Assembly: GCA_013265495.1 (NCBI GenBank)
Contig: MU058009.1
Coordinates: 808,001-872,000, forward strand
Direction: 5' to 3'
DNA: 64,000 nucleotides
Origin: Vicugna vicugna
Lineage: Eukaryota
The notes under the pieces were generated by a model. It did not search any database and had not been told where the DNA came from. It worked only from the letters and a program-made list of their open reading frames with translations. Every line of letters starts with the position of its first letter. Within the stretch, counting starts at the first letter, position 1. Both the position numbers and the translations under genes were made by a program. Below, in pieces: positions 54,410 to 64,000 of this stretch.

Positions 54410-56230
54410 CAAGAGCATTTCTTCCTCTTGTTTAAGACGCATCGTAAAAATGGAAGTCATTTCTGCACGTTTGTGTTCCCTTTATCCTCAAGTCTTTGAA
54501 ACGATGATACGGAGATATCCATGAAATATTTGTACACAAGGAGAGTGTGTTTCCCAGGATACATTGCAATCCAAGAGCACAGCACCGTTTGCTATAATGT
54601 TGAGCACTGCAGAGGGCGATCACATGAAGCCCTTGTTCTGTAGAGATTTCAGGATCCGTTACAACCAATCAAAAGCCATCGTTGGTTTGAGGAAGGTGTC
54701 AATCCATCTTTGTGGGCAAGCCGATGAAGGCAGTCATGGTTTTAAACTCAGCTTGGAGAGCCCCGGTGGAGCAGAGAATGGGGATCACCTGGACCCTTTC
54801 CCTCACTCTTGAGCGGTGTAGAAATTTCCAATTTGCTGGGAGATGTTTTCAGCCTCCCAGCCCACACGGAAAACTGAGACTGTGTTGTCTGCGCTGGGAG
54901 ATGGCTGCGCACGGCGCGCCAGCTCGTTGCACCCGTGCCAGGCCCTAACTCCATGAGTGGCTGTGGATGCTTTAACTGGGCGGCGCAGCACAAGTGGCTC
55001 ATCTCTGCAGCTGCAGTGTTAATGGGCCGACTGCGTTATTGCACATTTGCCTGCAAGGAACAGCGGCGCTGAAATGAATTGCTCTGATTTGGAATCCGGT
55101 TAGAAGGGCCAGCCAGTACGAACCCATGTTGGCAACTGGCAGGCCGTACACGACCATGGGACCTGGTGGTTATCTGGCTCCCCCCAGCTCCTGAACACCG
55201 GCAGATTCGGTGCAGGGACAGAAGTAAGCAGGAGAGAGGCTCGAAAGGGAGAAGGTGGTTGTACTTTTTCGAGGCGGGAAAGAGGCTCCAGCGAGCACTG
55301 ATTCTGCTGCAGGACAAGCCGACAACCTGCAGCTGACGGTCAGCAAGTGCGGGTGGATCAGATCACCTGGTGGAAAATTGAGATGGGATTTGGATTCAGA
55401 ACTAAGGATTTGCTGCCGCTTCTTACTGGGAACTTAGGGTATTGCCCTTGGCTCTTCTTCCACCTTTGAAGACAATGATCGTCTCTCTCATTAACTACTT
55501 ATGCTGAGAAATTCACGTTCTTTGTCAAAGCTCAGCAGAGGGTGAATGTCAGGTTTGTTCAACACCGTCACCTGCATACGTGGTCATTTCTGCAACTGCA
55601 GCAGCTGTTGGGGGGAGGGCAATGGGATGCAAATGCAGAGCCAAGATTCATCCCCGGGTGGGGGTGGGGGCGGCGAGGGGGGAGGCTGGGTTTGGTGACA
55701 CTTTTCACTGCCCTCTCTCACTTTACCCCTTCCTCACATGCACGCACAATCTGTCACTCTTTTCCAGACAAAATTAGAAGACAGTAAACAATTGTCTAGG
55801 GAAGCCCTAAAAAGAAAAATAAGTCACAGATGGCAGGATGCTGAGACGTATATATAAGAGGAGTGAGGGCTAAGCCATCTTCATTTCCTTAGTGACAGGA
55901 GTTAAATTTGATATCTTGAAGTACAAATATCAGAAGGAGGGCTGGACAGCACCGTCTCACTAATCTGACGCCTCCTCCCTATTCCTTGGGTCCCTGATGA
56001 GGAAGCGTTCGGATCACTTGGGCGTGCTCTGATAGTGCCCTGAGCTCCCTCTCCACAGTAATTAGCAGAATTAACTTTTAAAATATTCATGTGGCCAGAT
56101 ATTCTTTCTGAAATATTAGCCAGCTTTGTTTTCCCTCCCACGCAGCTCTCTTCTCTTTTCTCTCCATTCAGGCATTGCCCCAAGAGAGCCATGGAAGGGC
56201 AGGAATAAAGGATTCCTCCTGGTTGTGGTT
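54410..56230 (-). pseudogene. Toll-like receptor-type pseudogene, C-terminal part (LRRs, LRRCT, degraded TM, TIR)
   Basis: Minus-strand translation across frameshifts gives LRR-like KLANISERI (~56126), FLGLP..ILSG (~55810), KSLVLNPNPISIF (~55412), LQVVGLSCSRI (~55333) and SNRI..NSFQ..SLQ (~55105). LRRCT follows: PL-HCSC (55025-55007), CCAAQLKHPQPLMEL, HGCNEL (54937-54920). TIR box1 EFK..HD-AFI..AHKD (54749-54706), then VIALCSAQHYSKRCCALGLQ and ISPYHRFKDL (~54518-54489). Domain order is collinear with TLRs; many stops and frameshifts. Confidence 0.85.
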
Positions 56231-56239
56231 TTTCAAAAG

Positions 56240-56690
56240 ATTAAGCCTGTCAGAAAATGAATGGTTAAAAATGAGAAAAATAGTGTCCAAGGGTATTGGT
56301 AAGAATATTACTAAAAATACGGACCATGCCATCTGAGATGGGTAATAAATGGGTAACCTAACATCGATAGAAAGAGAAGAAAACAGAGGGACGATGGAGT
56401 AAGTGGAAGTATATGGTTAACAGGCTGAAATTCTCAATTGTTTTGAAGCATATAAACAGTAAGAGAAAGATGGGAGGTGGTGAGACAGAGCAATTATGAA
56501 TGATGACAGGGTCCGGAATGTAACTATGGGAATGAGTAGCATGAATAGAGTGGAAAATGTCATTGGAGATGATCTGCTCAAGAGACTGAAAGGTCAGGAT
56601 GTTGAAGAGGCAGCCCAGACGGACATTCATGTCTCCTAGGATACGAGTGTTGCCTGTGGTGGATATGAAGACCATCAACCAGGTTCCTTC
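56240..56690 (-). mobile_element. L2 endonuclease-region fragment
   Basis: ORF 56358..56678 ILGDMNV...ATHSHSYIPDPVIIHNC matches L2 EN ILGDFNI...ATHSHGHTLDLVITNNC. Confidence 0.85.
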
Positions 56691-56729
56691 TTCCCCAACG
56701 ACTGGGGTGGGGCAGGGGTGACAAGCAGG

Positions 56730-58900
56730 TTAGCGTGTGCTGTACCAGTTGGCCTAGCCTCTCTTCAAAACATCTTGCCATTTAAAATTCTCTCCACCAG
56801 TTTTCATCACTGCTCCAGCATCCTTTGAAGTCTGCACACTACGTCTTCCTGCTTTTGTGATCTCAAGTGTATACGCATGAATTTTAACAATAAGCTGTAA
56901 AACCACGCCTGCTTTCTAGTAGTCTGCTTATGTACAAGAGCCCATCAATGCAGTAAGATGGGGCTCCCCGAAGTAGGGAACCATGGGTGGTCTCTCTGAT
57001 TCGCTGAACTGTCCCCTCACACTTGAAGGTCAGAAACTTGAAGATGTGTCACGAAGATCAGGTACAAGGTAAGGAAATCCCTTCTTGCCATTTCTTTCCA
57101 ACACTGAGCTGGAAGTTCCAGGTAATGCAATAAGGCAAGAAAAAGAAATTGAAAAAAAAAAAATAAATAGGGAAGGAAGACATAACAATGTCAGTGTTTA
57201 CAGGTGGCCTGATTATATAGAAAATCCAAAAGAACTGACAAAACAAAAAAACAAATTAGAACAAATAACCAATTATAGCAAGGTCACAGGATTCAAGATT
57301 GATGTACAAAGACAGTCACATTCCTATGTACCAACAAAGAGCAAGTAGAATGAGGAATTTTTTTTAAAAAAGCAAGAGACATGTGGGTTTACTTGCTTTA
57401 TATCTGCCCTTATGTATGTGATTGGTTTTGTTACACAAAACTAAAACTATCTGGAAAGGGTTACACTCTCAAAATTCCCTTAGGAACGTCGTCTCCTATC
57501 TTATTACCCTCAGCATTTAAATGAGTTTCCAGTTGTCTAGCTTAAAGATTTTATACTAACATTTAAGTATGTATTCTCTTGACTTGCCCTGAATGGATAC
57601 AAAGAAAATGATCGCAAAACCTGCTCAAACACTTAAGCGTGTTTCCTTTACAGACTTGAATTCTGCCACGAAAGGTGGTTTCAGAACGCAGAGCATACGC
57701 AGACCCACTTGAAGACTTCTCCTTTGCACAGCGTTCCCACCATGAGTGCGTGTGCTGCCCCACACGTGCTTCCCAGTCACAGTCCCGCCCTGAGGACCCC
57801 TGCAACTTGATCACTCGCATTTTGTTTTACAAAGAAAAAGCCTAAGAGAAGGAATCTTTTCCCTCCTTGGAAAGAAATCCGTCACTATAATCACTAATGA
57901 GACCAGAAGACAAAGCTTTCCATTTTGTCCAACGCCTTTTGAGAGACTCCCTTAGAGTTTTTGTTTGTCTGTCTGTTTTTTAAGGGTAGAGGACTGCCAC
58001 TAAAAGGAATAAACCCTGGCAGGAGAAATGGATGAATATTTCAACCTGGCGCTATTTTGCATTTGGTCCAGAAAGGCAAAACACATTTTTGCTAATAGAT
58101 TTTTTTTTCTTCTGTCACATGTACTGCAGGTTATAGAACACAAATTATGGTAAATCTTCTGCTCTTTGCATTAGACACAAATAAACAAAAATGCCAACCA
58201 AACAAAAGAATATGATTTATAATTCCCTGCAATTGCATCTCTTTCCAGCAATATATAATCATACTGCCTCTCTCACTTTAGAGCTGAGGAGGGATGGGAG
58301 AAATCATGTTTTTTTACTTTTGCTGATAAAAAATAATAAGTAGAATAATAAAATTCATCCATTTTCCTGAGTGTGTTGTAGAGAAAGAGCAAGATTCTGT
58401 GGCTGTTTATTAATCAGTTGGATTTGTAAATGCAGAGCATTTGACTTGAACTCAATCTCCTCCAAAACAAATATCCCCGCAGCATGTTATGTATTAAGCC
58501 ATTTTTCTCAGATTAAAATCTTCCAAAGTGGAGCCTTCAGGACTGCAATCATGCGGGATCCTGCAGGCTTACTGGAGGCTTTTGTTCTGAGGGAAAGGGC
58601 ATTCTCCCTCCTACTGCTTCCAACTGGACATCTTCTGGCTGGGCTGCCTGAGGCTCATCGATGTCCAGAGCGCCCCTCTCTGTGCCTCCGCTCTGAGCCC
58701 TGGAAAGGCAGTGTTGTGGTTTCAGTTGCCAAAGGGGTTAAGCTATCTGTAGAAAAGGATCAGTTGTAAACAGGATCAATTTTTCCATTTAACATTTTGT
58801 AGAATATCCATTTTTGTCCAATTTTACTCCAGGGCTTGATATGTTACCTACTTAATAGTGTGTTCAGTCTACCAACATGTCATGATTCATTGCTTTAGCC
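56730..58900 (+). pseudogene. LRR-array segment, probably the inverted middle of the same TLR-type pseudogene
   Basis: Plus-strand LRR-like motifs TKLKLSG (~57437), LLPSAF, LSSLKILY (~57533), LEDFSFAQ (~57708), LRT-LQLDHS (~57790), FQPGA (~58039), VNLLLFALDTNK (~58150), LSSNI (~58241), ELNLLQNK (~58448), IFQSGAF (~58518), ERAFS, GLDML. Interrupted by an L1 fragment at ~57055-57365. Confidence 0.7.
57055..57365 (+). mobile_element. L1 ORF2 reverse-transcriptase fragment
   Basis: agatcaggtacaagg; LEVPGNAIRQEKEI...YIENPKELTK. Confidence 0.88.
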
Positions 58901-58904
58901 CTTC

Positions 58905-60310
58905 AACCATCCATCCATTTGTTCATTCATTCATGCAGTCAATAACAATATTTATTGACTACTTACTATATGAGAGGTTATGTGAACATACCAATGAAAG
59001 CAAGAGATAAGGTTCACCATCCTCTGAGGCTTCCCTTCTGATGGAGGAGACCAACAATTACACAAACACATGGATAAATAATATTTTGTTTATTTACAAA
59101 TGGTGGTGATATTAGAAAAGCCATAAAGAGAGTGATGAGATAGAGATTAAAAGGAGAAAGCCATTTCGAATAAGATGGCCATCAATGGCCTTTGAGAGAA
59201 TGTGCTATCCAAGCTGGCCTTTGAAGAAGGAACCAGCACTGCAGAAAGCTTGAGGAAGAGTGCTTCAAGGATGACGTGCAGCAAATGGGAGTTTCCAGTG
59301 GTGGGAAAGGGTTTGGCATGCTCAGAAATTAAAGGTAGGTGGTGGAATTGAAGCATAAGTTAGTGAAGAGAAGGAATCTGGGCTGAAGAGGAAAAAGAAG
59401 TAGGCTATGGAGCTGAGTCTGAATATTTTATCTACGTGCAATGGGATCATGTGGAGAGGTTTTAATCCAAAGCACAGTGCAATTTGATCTATAGTTCTAA
59501 GATCACCTTGGCTGCTGTGTAAAGAAATGTAATAACACACATGTCGGTTAAGGAGATGACTCGAAGTTTATCAGGAGTCTGGAGAAAAAGAGTTGGTGGC
59601 TTGGACTAGTGATGACCATGAAGTTGGAGAGGATTGAGATGTATTTTGAAAATAAAAACAATTGGATTTGATGATGGAGGAAACGTGGAGACTAGGGCAC
59701 AGTTTTAACGGAGGATGTAACAGTGGTTGGTACTTAGATTGATGCACCGTGATGCTAGTTTTTTTAAATGAGAAAACCAGGATAGGAGGCAGGAAAAAGA
59801 TATTCGGATAGGAGTAGGTTATCAAAAACTCCATACTGGACAAATTCTGCTTAATATACCTGTTAAGATCTCCAAGTGAAAATGTACAAATCTCATACTT
59901 AGAGGGGTCATGGTGGAGACTTAGTTATGGGACTCATCAGCATAGGTGTGGCAGTTAAAGGCCTCACATTCAGTGCCAAGGGAGAGAATGCAGGGAAGAG
60001 AAGAGGGTCCAGGGCTGAGGTCTAGGTCATTTCAACACATAGGGGCCAGCTGAAGAAGTAGCAGAGGGGAACTGAGAGCAGGCAGCCAGCAGGGTGGGAA
60101 GCAAACCAGAAGAGCTGTGGTCATGGAATCCTGGAGAAGTAAGTGTTTCAAGAAGACATAAGGGCTCAGCTATGTCAGATGACAAGCTCTGGCAGCGAGG
60201 AAGTGCTTGATGTTTGCGAAAGAGTTGTTCTAAGGGAGCTGGGAGGATTGAAAGTCAGATTGGAATGAGCTTCAGAGTAAAATGGTGCAGACGGCAAGCG
60301 TAGACAACTT
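58905..60310 (-). mobile_element. L2 (3' ~1.4 kb)
   Basis: (ttca)n tail at ~58910-58935, tatttattgac, agatcaccttggctgctgtgt. Confidence 0.85.
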
Positions 60311-60379
60311 ATGTAGAAGGGCAGGTCCTTTGCCTGAAGTGGCTAAGTCCTTATACTTTGCACTGAGACACATCTGCAG

Positions 60380-60520
60380 TCTAAGTCTCACTCTCCTTAT
60401 ATCTAAAATATGGGTGTTGGTGCCTCACGATAGAATTATTTTGAAGCTTAACTTAGGTAGTACATTCAGAGCAACTGTAACAGTGCCTGACACATCATAA
60501 GCACTCTGCAAATCATGCTG
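60380..60520 (+). mobile_element. MIR 3' half
   Basis: aacagtgcctgacacatcataagcactc. Confidence 0.7.
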
Positions 60521-61990
60521 AATTAGGACTTTTGATGGAAGCACTGAGATCCAGGCGAAGTGTCAAAGCGAGGTGCCTGTGCTCTGTGAGGCGGACGCCA
60601 AGTAGGCTTCCTCTGCAAAGGTGGTATGACTCTTGAATTTCCCTTGTCCGCAGAACTGTTTGAAAGGAGGCAGGTCTTTGGGAGGTTTTGGTGAGGAGCA
60701 TCTTTGAGAGGGCCACGCGAGTGCTCGGAAGCCTCCTGCCAGCCCGTACCCAGCAGCCTCCTTGAGAAGGCTCTTTGGCAGTTACAGGATATGGTGGACC
60801 AATGCCCAGCTCACACTTAGAACATCCAGAGGACCAGAGAGGAGGGCTAGTGAGCTGCTTTGGATAAAAGAGAGATGTGGCTGCTGCACTGGGGTCAGGA
60901 ACCAGACTGTGGCCCCCACAGGTGGAGAATCAGCCTGGGGTTGGTTAAAACCCTTCCCTGGAGGACTCTGAAGGAGTTCGGATTCCAGCGGAAATGACCT
61001 GTGTTGGGTGACGTGTGCACCTGGGCTCAGGAGGCGGCAGCAGCAGCTGGAGGGGAGGAAGCCCTGCCAGCACCCTGGGGTCTGCAGCTGAGGGGCCCCG
61101 CGGGAGAGGCTCTCAGGACCCACGAAAACATCCACGGGCTGAAAAATCAGCTTAAACATCTGCCATAAGAAGTTTTCCATGCTTGCATGTTCTCAATTCC
61201 CTTCTTCCCCTTCCTCCCCTGCCTAACCCCCCGCATAGTCAGTAGGAGACTGAATAAAAGACAGCAGCAGTGGGCTACCCTGCCCTCCTGAATGGTAGGC
61301 AGATCACCTGGCTCACAGTCAGGGGAGGAAAGAGAGGTCTGACCTGGGCATGAAGATTGAAGTGCTGATGATCCTATTGGACTAGACTTCAGTGGAGAAG
61401 CTAGCAGGTGTCCGCAGTTGTCCGGGAGAGCCTGCAGTGAAGACCTCTTCCCCAGGGACCACGGCATCCCCTGGCAGTCCTGGCTCTGCCGACTGTACAC
61501 TGTCTGGCTACCGGGGGCAAGGGCTGGAGTAGACTGCCTGGGTTAGGATCCCAGCTCCCCTACTTACCTACTATGTAACCTCAACCAGGTATCTAACCTC
61601 TCTGTGTCTCAGTTTTCTCATCAGTAAAACGGGGGATAATAATATTTCCTACCTCTTGGAAGTTTTGCCAAGATTAAACAAATTGATATATGTGATAAGT
61701 TTGGAATAATGCTCATCAAAGAGTAAATAACTGATAAATACTATCTATTGTTATTACGTTTGCTGACAGCGCTTGACAGAGTCCTGTTAATAAGCCATCC
61801 TGGCATTTCTAACCACAGTTCTAACCTAGGGAGGAGGAGACGGAGATTTTGATGAATTAATGTCATGCTGCTGGGTAACAGTGTCAGGGGCTAGTCTAGG
61901 AGGAGACTGCGTTTTCCAGGTGCCCGCAGTGGGCAGATTGCGGACAGATGGTGGCAGCTCCATGGCTTCTCCGTCCCTGCCCACAGCACT
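60520..61990 (-). pseudogene. N-terminal part (LRRNT + LRRs) of the TLR-type pseudogene
   Basis: Minus strand: CPQSAHC N-cap (61946-61926, matches CPxxCxC), LLPSSMTLIHQNL, LQALPDN (61437-61417), LPTIQEG, DVFVGPESL (~61130), LLQSPPGKGF, LDVLSVS, PASFQ (~60670), LRLDLS (~60555). Split by a MIR at ~61520-61755. Confidence 0.72.
61520..61755 (+). mobile_element. MIR SINE inserted in the TLR-type pseudogene
   Basis: agactgcctgggttaggatcccagctcc...aacctctctgtgtctcagttttctcatcagtaaaacgggggataataata. Confidence 0.9.
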
Positions 61991-62954
61991 CAGCACATCT
62001 CTGCCCTCCAGCCCTCCTCTAAATCACACAGGTTAGTGCCAGTTTCCCTTTCCTCCAGGTTTTTCACATCTTTTCATTCTCACATTCCTTCAGGTTTTAT
62101 TCTTCATTCATGAGCTCAGCCCCTGCTAGATGGCAGTCTCCTTGAGGACAGAGAGCCCGGGCGGGGCCGGTTTACCAGCAGGCACCCCGGGCTGCGATTA
62201 CAGGCCTGCCTCCCGTTCACTGTGCTTGCTGACTCAGCATATGTTTTCCCCAAACACCTGAAGTTTCAGAAGAGAGGCCAAGGGCCAGAGCGGTGGTTTG
62301 GGGATTCAATTCCTCCTTCATCCCTGTAAATCGCTGCTTTAACTTGAGGCTGGGGCCCATTTCTGTGGGAAGCTGGCCCTCTCACTGCCTGTAAATCAAG
62401 GATGTCAATCTTTCCTCCTGTCAACCTTTAACCAGAGCCAGATGCACAGGACTTCGCCTTGCCCGCTTCAGTGTCCTTGGGCTATTTCCTTCCTGGGTCG
62501 TCTGGCCTTGGCTAAAAGTCCCGGATTCGCATTCCAGGCAGCATTAAACGTCCGCTCCCATACCCGTTCACGCTCACAACCCCTCAGAGTTTGACAAATT
62601 ATTTCAGTTCCCACCAAAGCCAGCTTAGCTCGGCAAATCCATCAGACCTGCCAGCATTCACAGAGTGACTCTAGAGAGGACGATGTCTTGTCTCAGCTGA
62701 TAACTCCGTTATAGGCAGGATGCCCATAAATTTGCAATATTCCAAGTCACGACTTCCCAGCACATTGTAGGCACTAACAACGACAATAATTATTATTATT
62801 CTGTTTCAGGCTACCTCGCCTAGGAAACTCACTGGAATGCATTTCGGAGGAATTCCCCTCAGCGGTGTTTTACACTAGGCCGTTGCACTTGTGATTCAGG
62901 CACCTTGTGTTTAATAGCTACTGACTGATACAAATACACTGGGTACAACAGTCC

Positions 62955-63300
62955 AACACATTCATTAGGTATTTAGGGACCCTGTTATGTGAAGACACTG
63001 CGCTAAACAGAGAGGGGGCACCGAGACGAGCAACACAAGGTTCTCATCCCGGAAACCTCCCTCGTAACCCTGAGGCTGAGACACGTGCACGAGTGACTGG
63101 GAACAAGACGTGACGGGAAGTCACCAGAGCCACAGGTGTTTGGCTTTGTGAGCTCAGCAGAAGGGAGACGTCACGGCTGCTCTCGGAACCAACGAGTCCT
63201 TTTTAAGCAGGTGACGTCGATGCTAGATCTCAGAACACGGCAAGATCCTACCCTGAGCGGAGGAGAACTCTGGGTGAAGGGACAGCCTTGCTAAATGGTC
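62955..63300 (-). mobile_element. L2 3' fragment
   Basis: cattcattaggtatttagggaccctgttatgtgaagacactgcgctaa. Confidence 0.6.
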
Positions 63301-64000
63301 TTTAGGAAGACTTCCCTCCCTGAGGGAGGGAGGAGCAAGTTGGAGCGAGCTGACAGTGATGAGGAGAGAAGAAGCAGGGCGCCCTGGCCCGAGGGGGCGT
63401 CAACAGTTCTCAGCCACTAGCTGATCGTGTGTCCTCACTGAGTCACCAAGCGCCCAAGGACCAGCCTCATCTACAAAATGAAAAGTTTGGGTTTCAGAAT
63501 CTTGAAAGCCTCACGATCTTTTTTTTTTTTTTTTTTCTGACCAAGAAGCCAGTGTTCTTCGGGCTTTCAAGTTGTGAGATGTTTCTATACAGTGGTTACC
63601 AGAGCAGCTTCCTTAACCTAATAATAGGGAGTCCTCATCCCTTCTCCTTCAAACTGCAGCGCTTGTCTTCATGCTACGCCCTGGGCTTGAAAGGGCATTG
63701 GCATGGTAAGTTCAGCTTTAGCAATCCCATCCAAAATTATACCCTCCAGTGAGGACTTCGTCTCAGAGCAGGTGACCTTCTCACTGGTTCCAGAAACTTG
63801 CCATGAGCCATTCCTCTCACCTACTTACCCGGCCTCATGCTCCTGTGATTTTCCATAATATCCACCTCACCCAGCTGCTCTGCCCCGATAAGAATTCTTC
63901 AAGCTACTGCTTTAGTTTCACCTTCTTTATGAATCCTCGCTGATCATGACTCGATCTGTCTCTGATATTGTGGAGAAGCTATTTTCAATCCCAGAGCTGT

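Noticed and set aside
58695..58752. Minus-strand LNPFGN..NTAFPGL LRR-like motif
   Set aside because: Plus-strand LRR-like motifs continue on both sides to ~58880, so it is probably coincidental; it does leave the right inversion breakpoint uncertain (58650-58900 or beyond)
1..64000. CRISPR arrays, operons, tRNA/rRNA genes or an intact novel gene system
   Set aside because: None seen; this is mammalian repeat-rich DNA and the gene-like signals found are all disabled fossils

Overview
Mammalian non-coding DNA, most likely camelid. That is inferred from the young L1 3' ends and the absence of Alu, Bov-tA, PRE-1 or CHR SINEs. Roughly half the window is interspersed repeats (L1, L2, CR1/L3, MIR, MLT1/MER21/ERV1 LTRs, Tigger/MER2/MER5). 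I found no intact protein-coding gene, RNA gene or CRISPR array; the ORF-track entries are short chance ORFs, repeat fragments or pieces of pseudogenes. Manual translation across frameshifts reveals decayed genes in the non-repeat DNA. (1) A large LRR-TM-TIR (Toll-like receptor type) pseudogene at ~54.4-62.0 kb. It has an N-cap, about 4.2 kb of LRR-coding sequence, an LRRCT and a TIR resembling TLR13/21/22. It is broken by MIR, L2 and L1 insertions, and its central part appears inverted. (2) A probable rhodopsin-class GPCR pseudogene at ~16.9-17.95 kb. (3) More tentatively, semaphorin-like (Sema/PSI/Ig) remnants at ~18.9-23.1 kb. All family assignments come from motif recognition by eye, not database searches, and most repeat boundaries are approximate.
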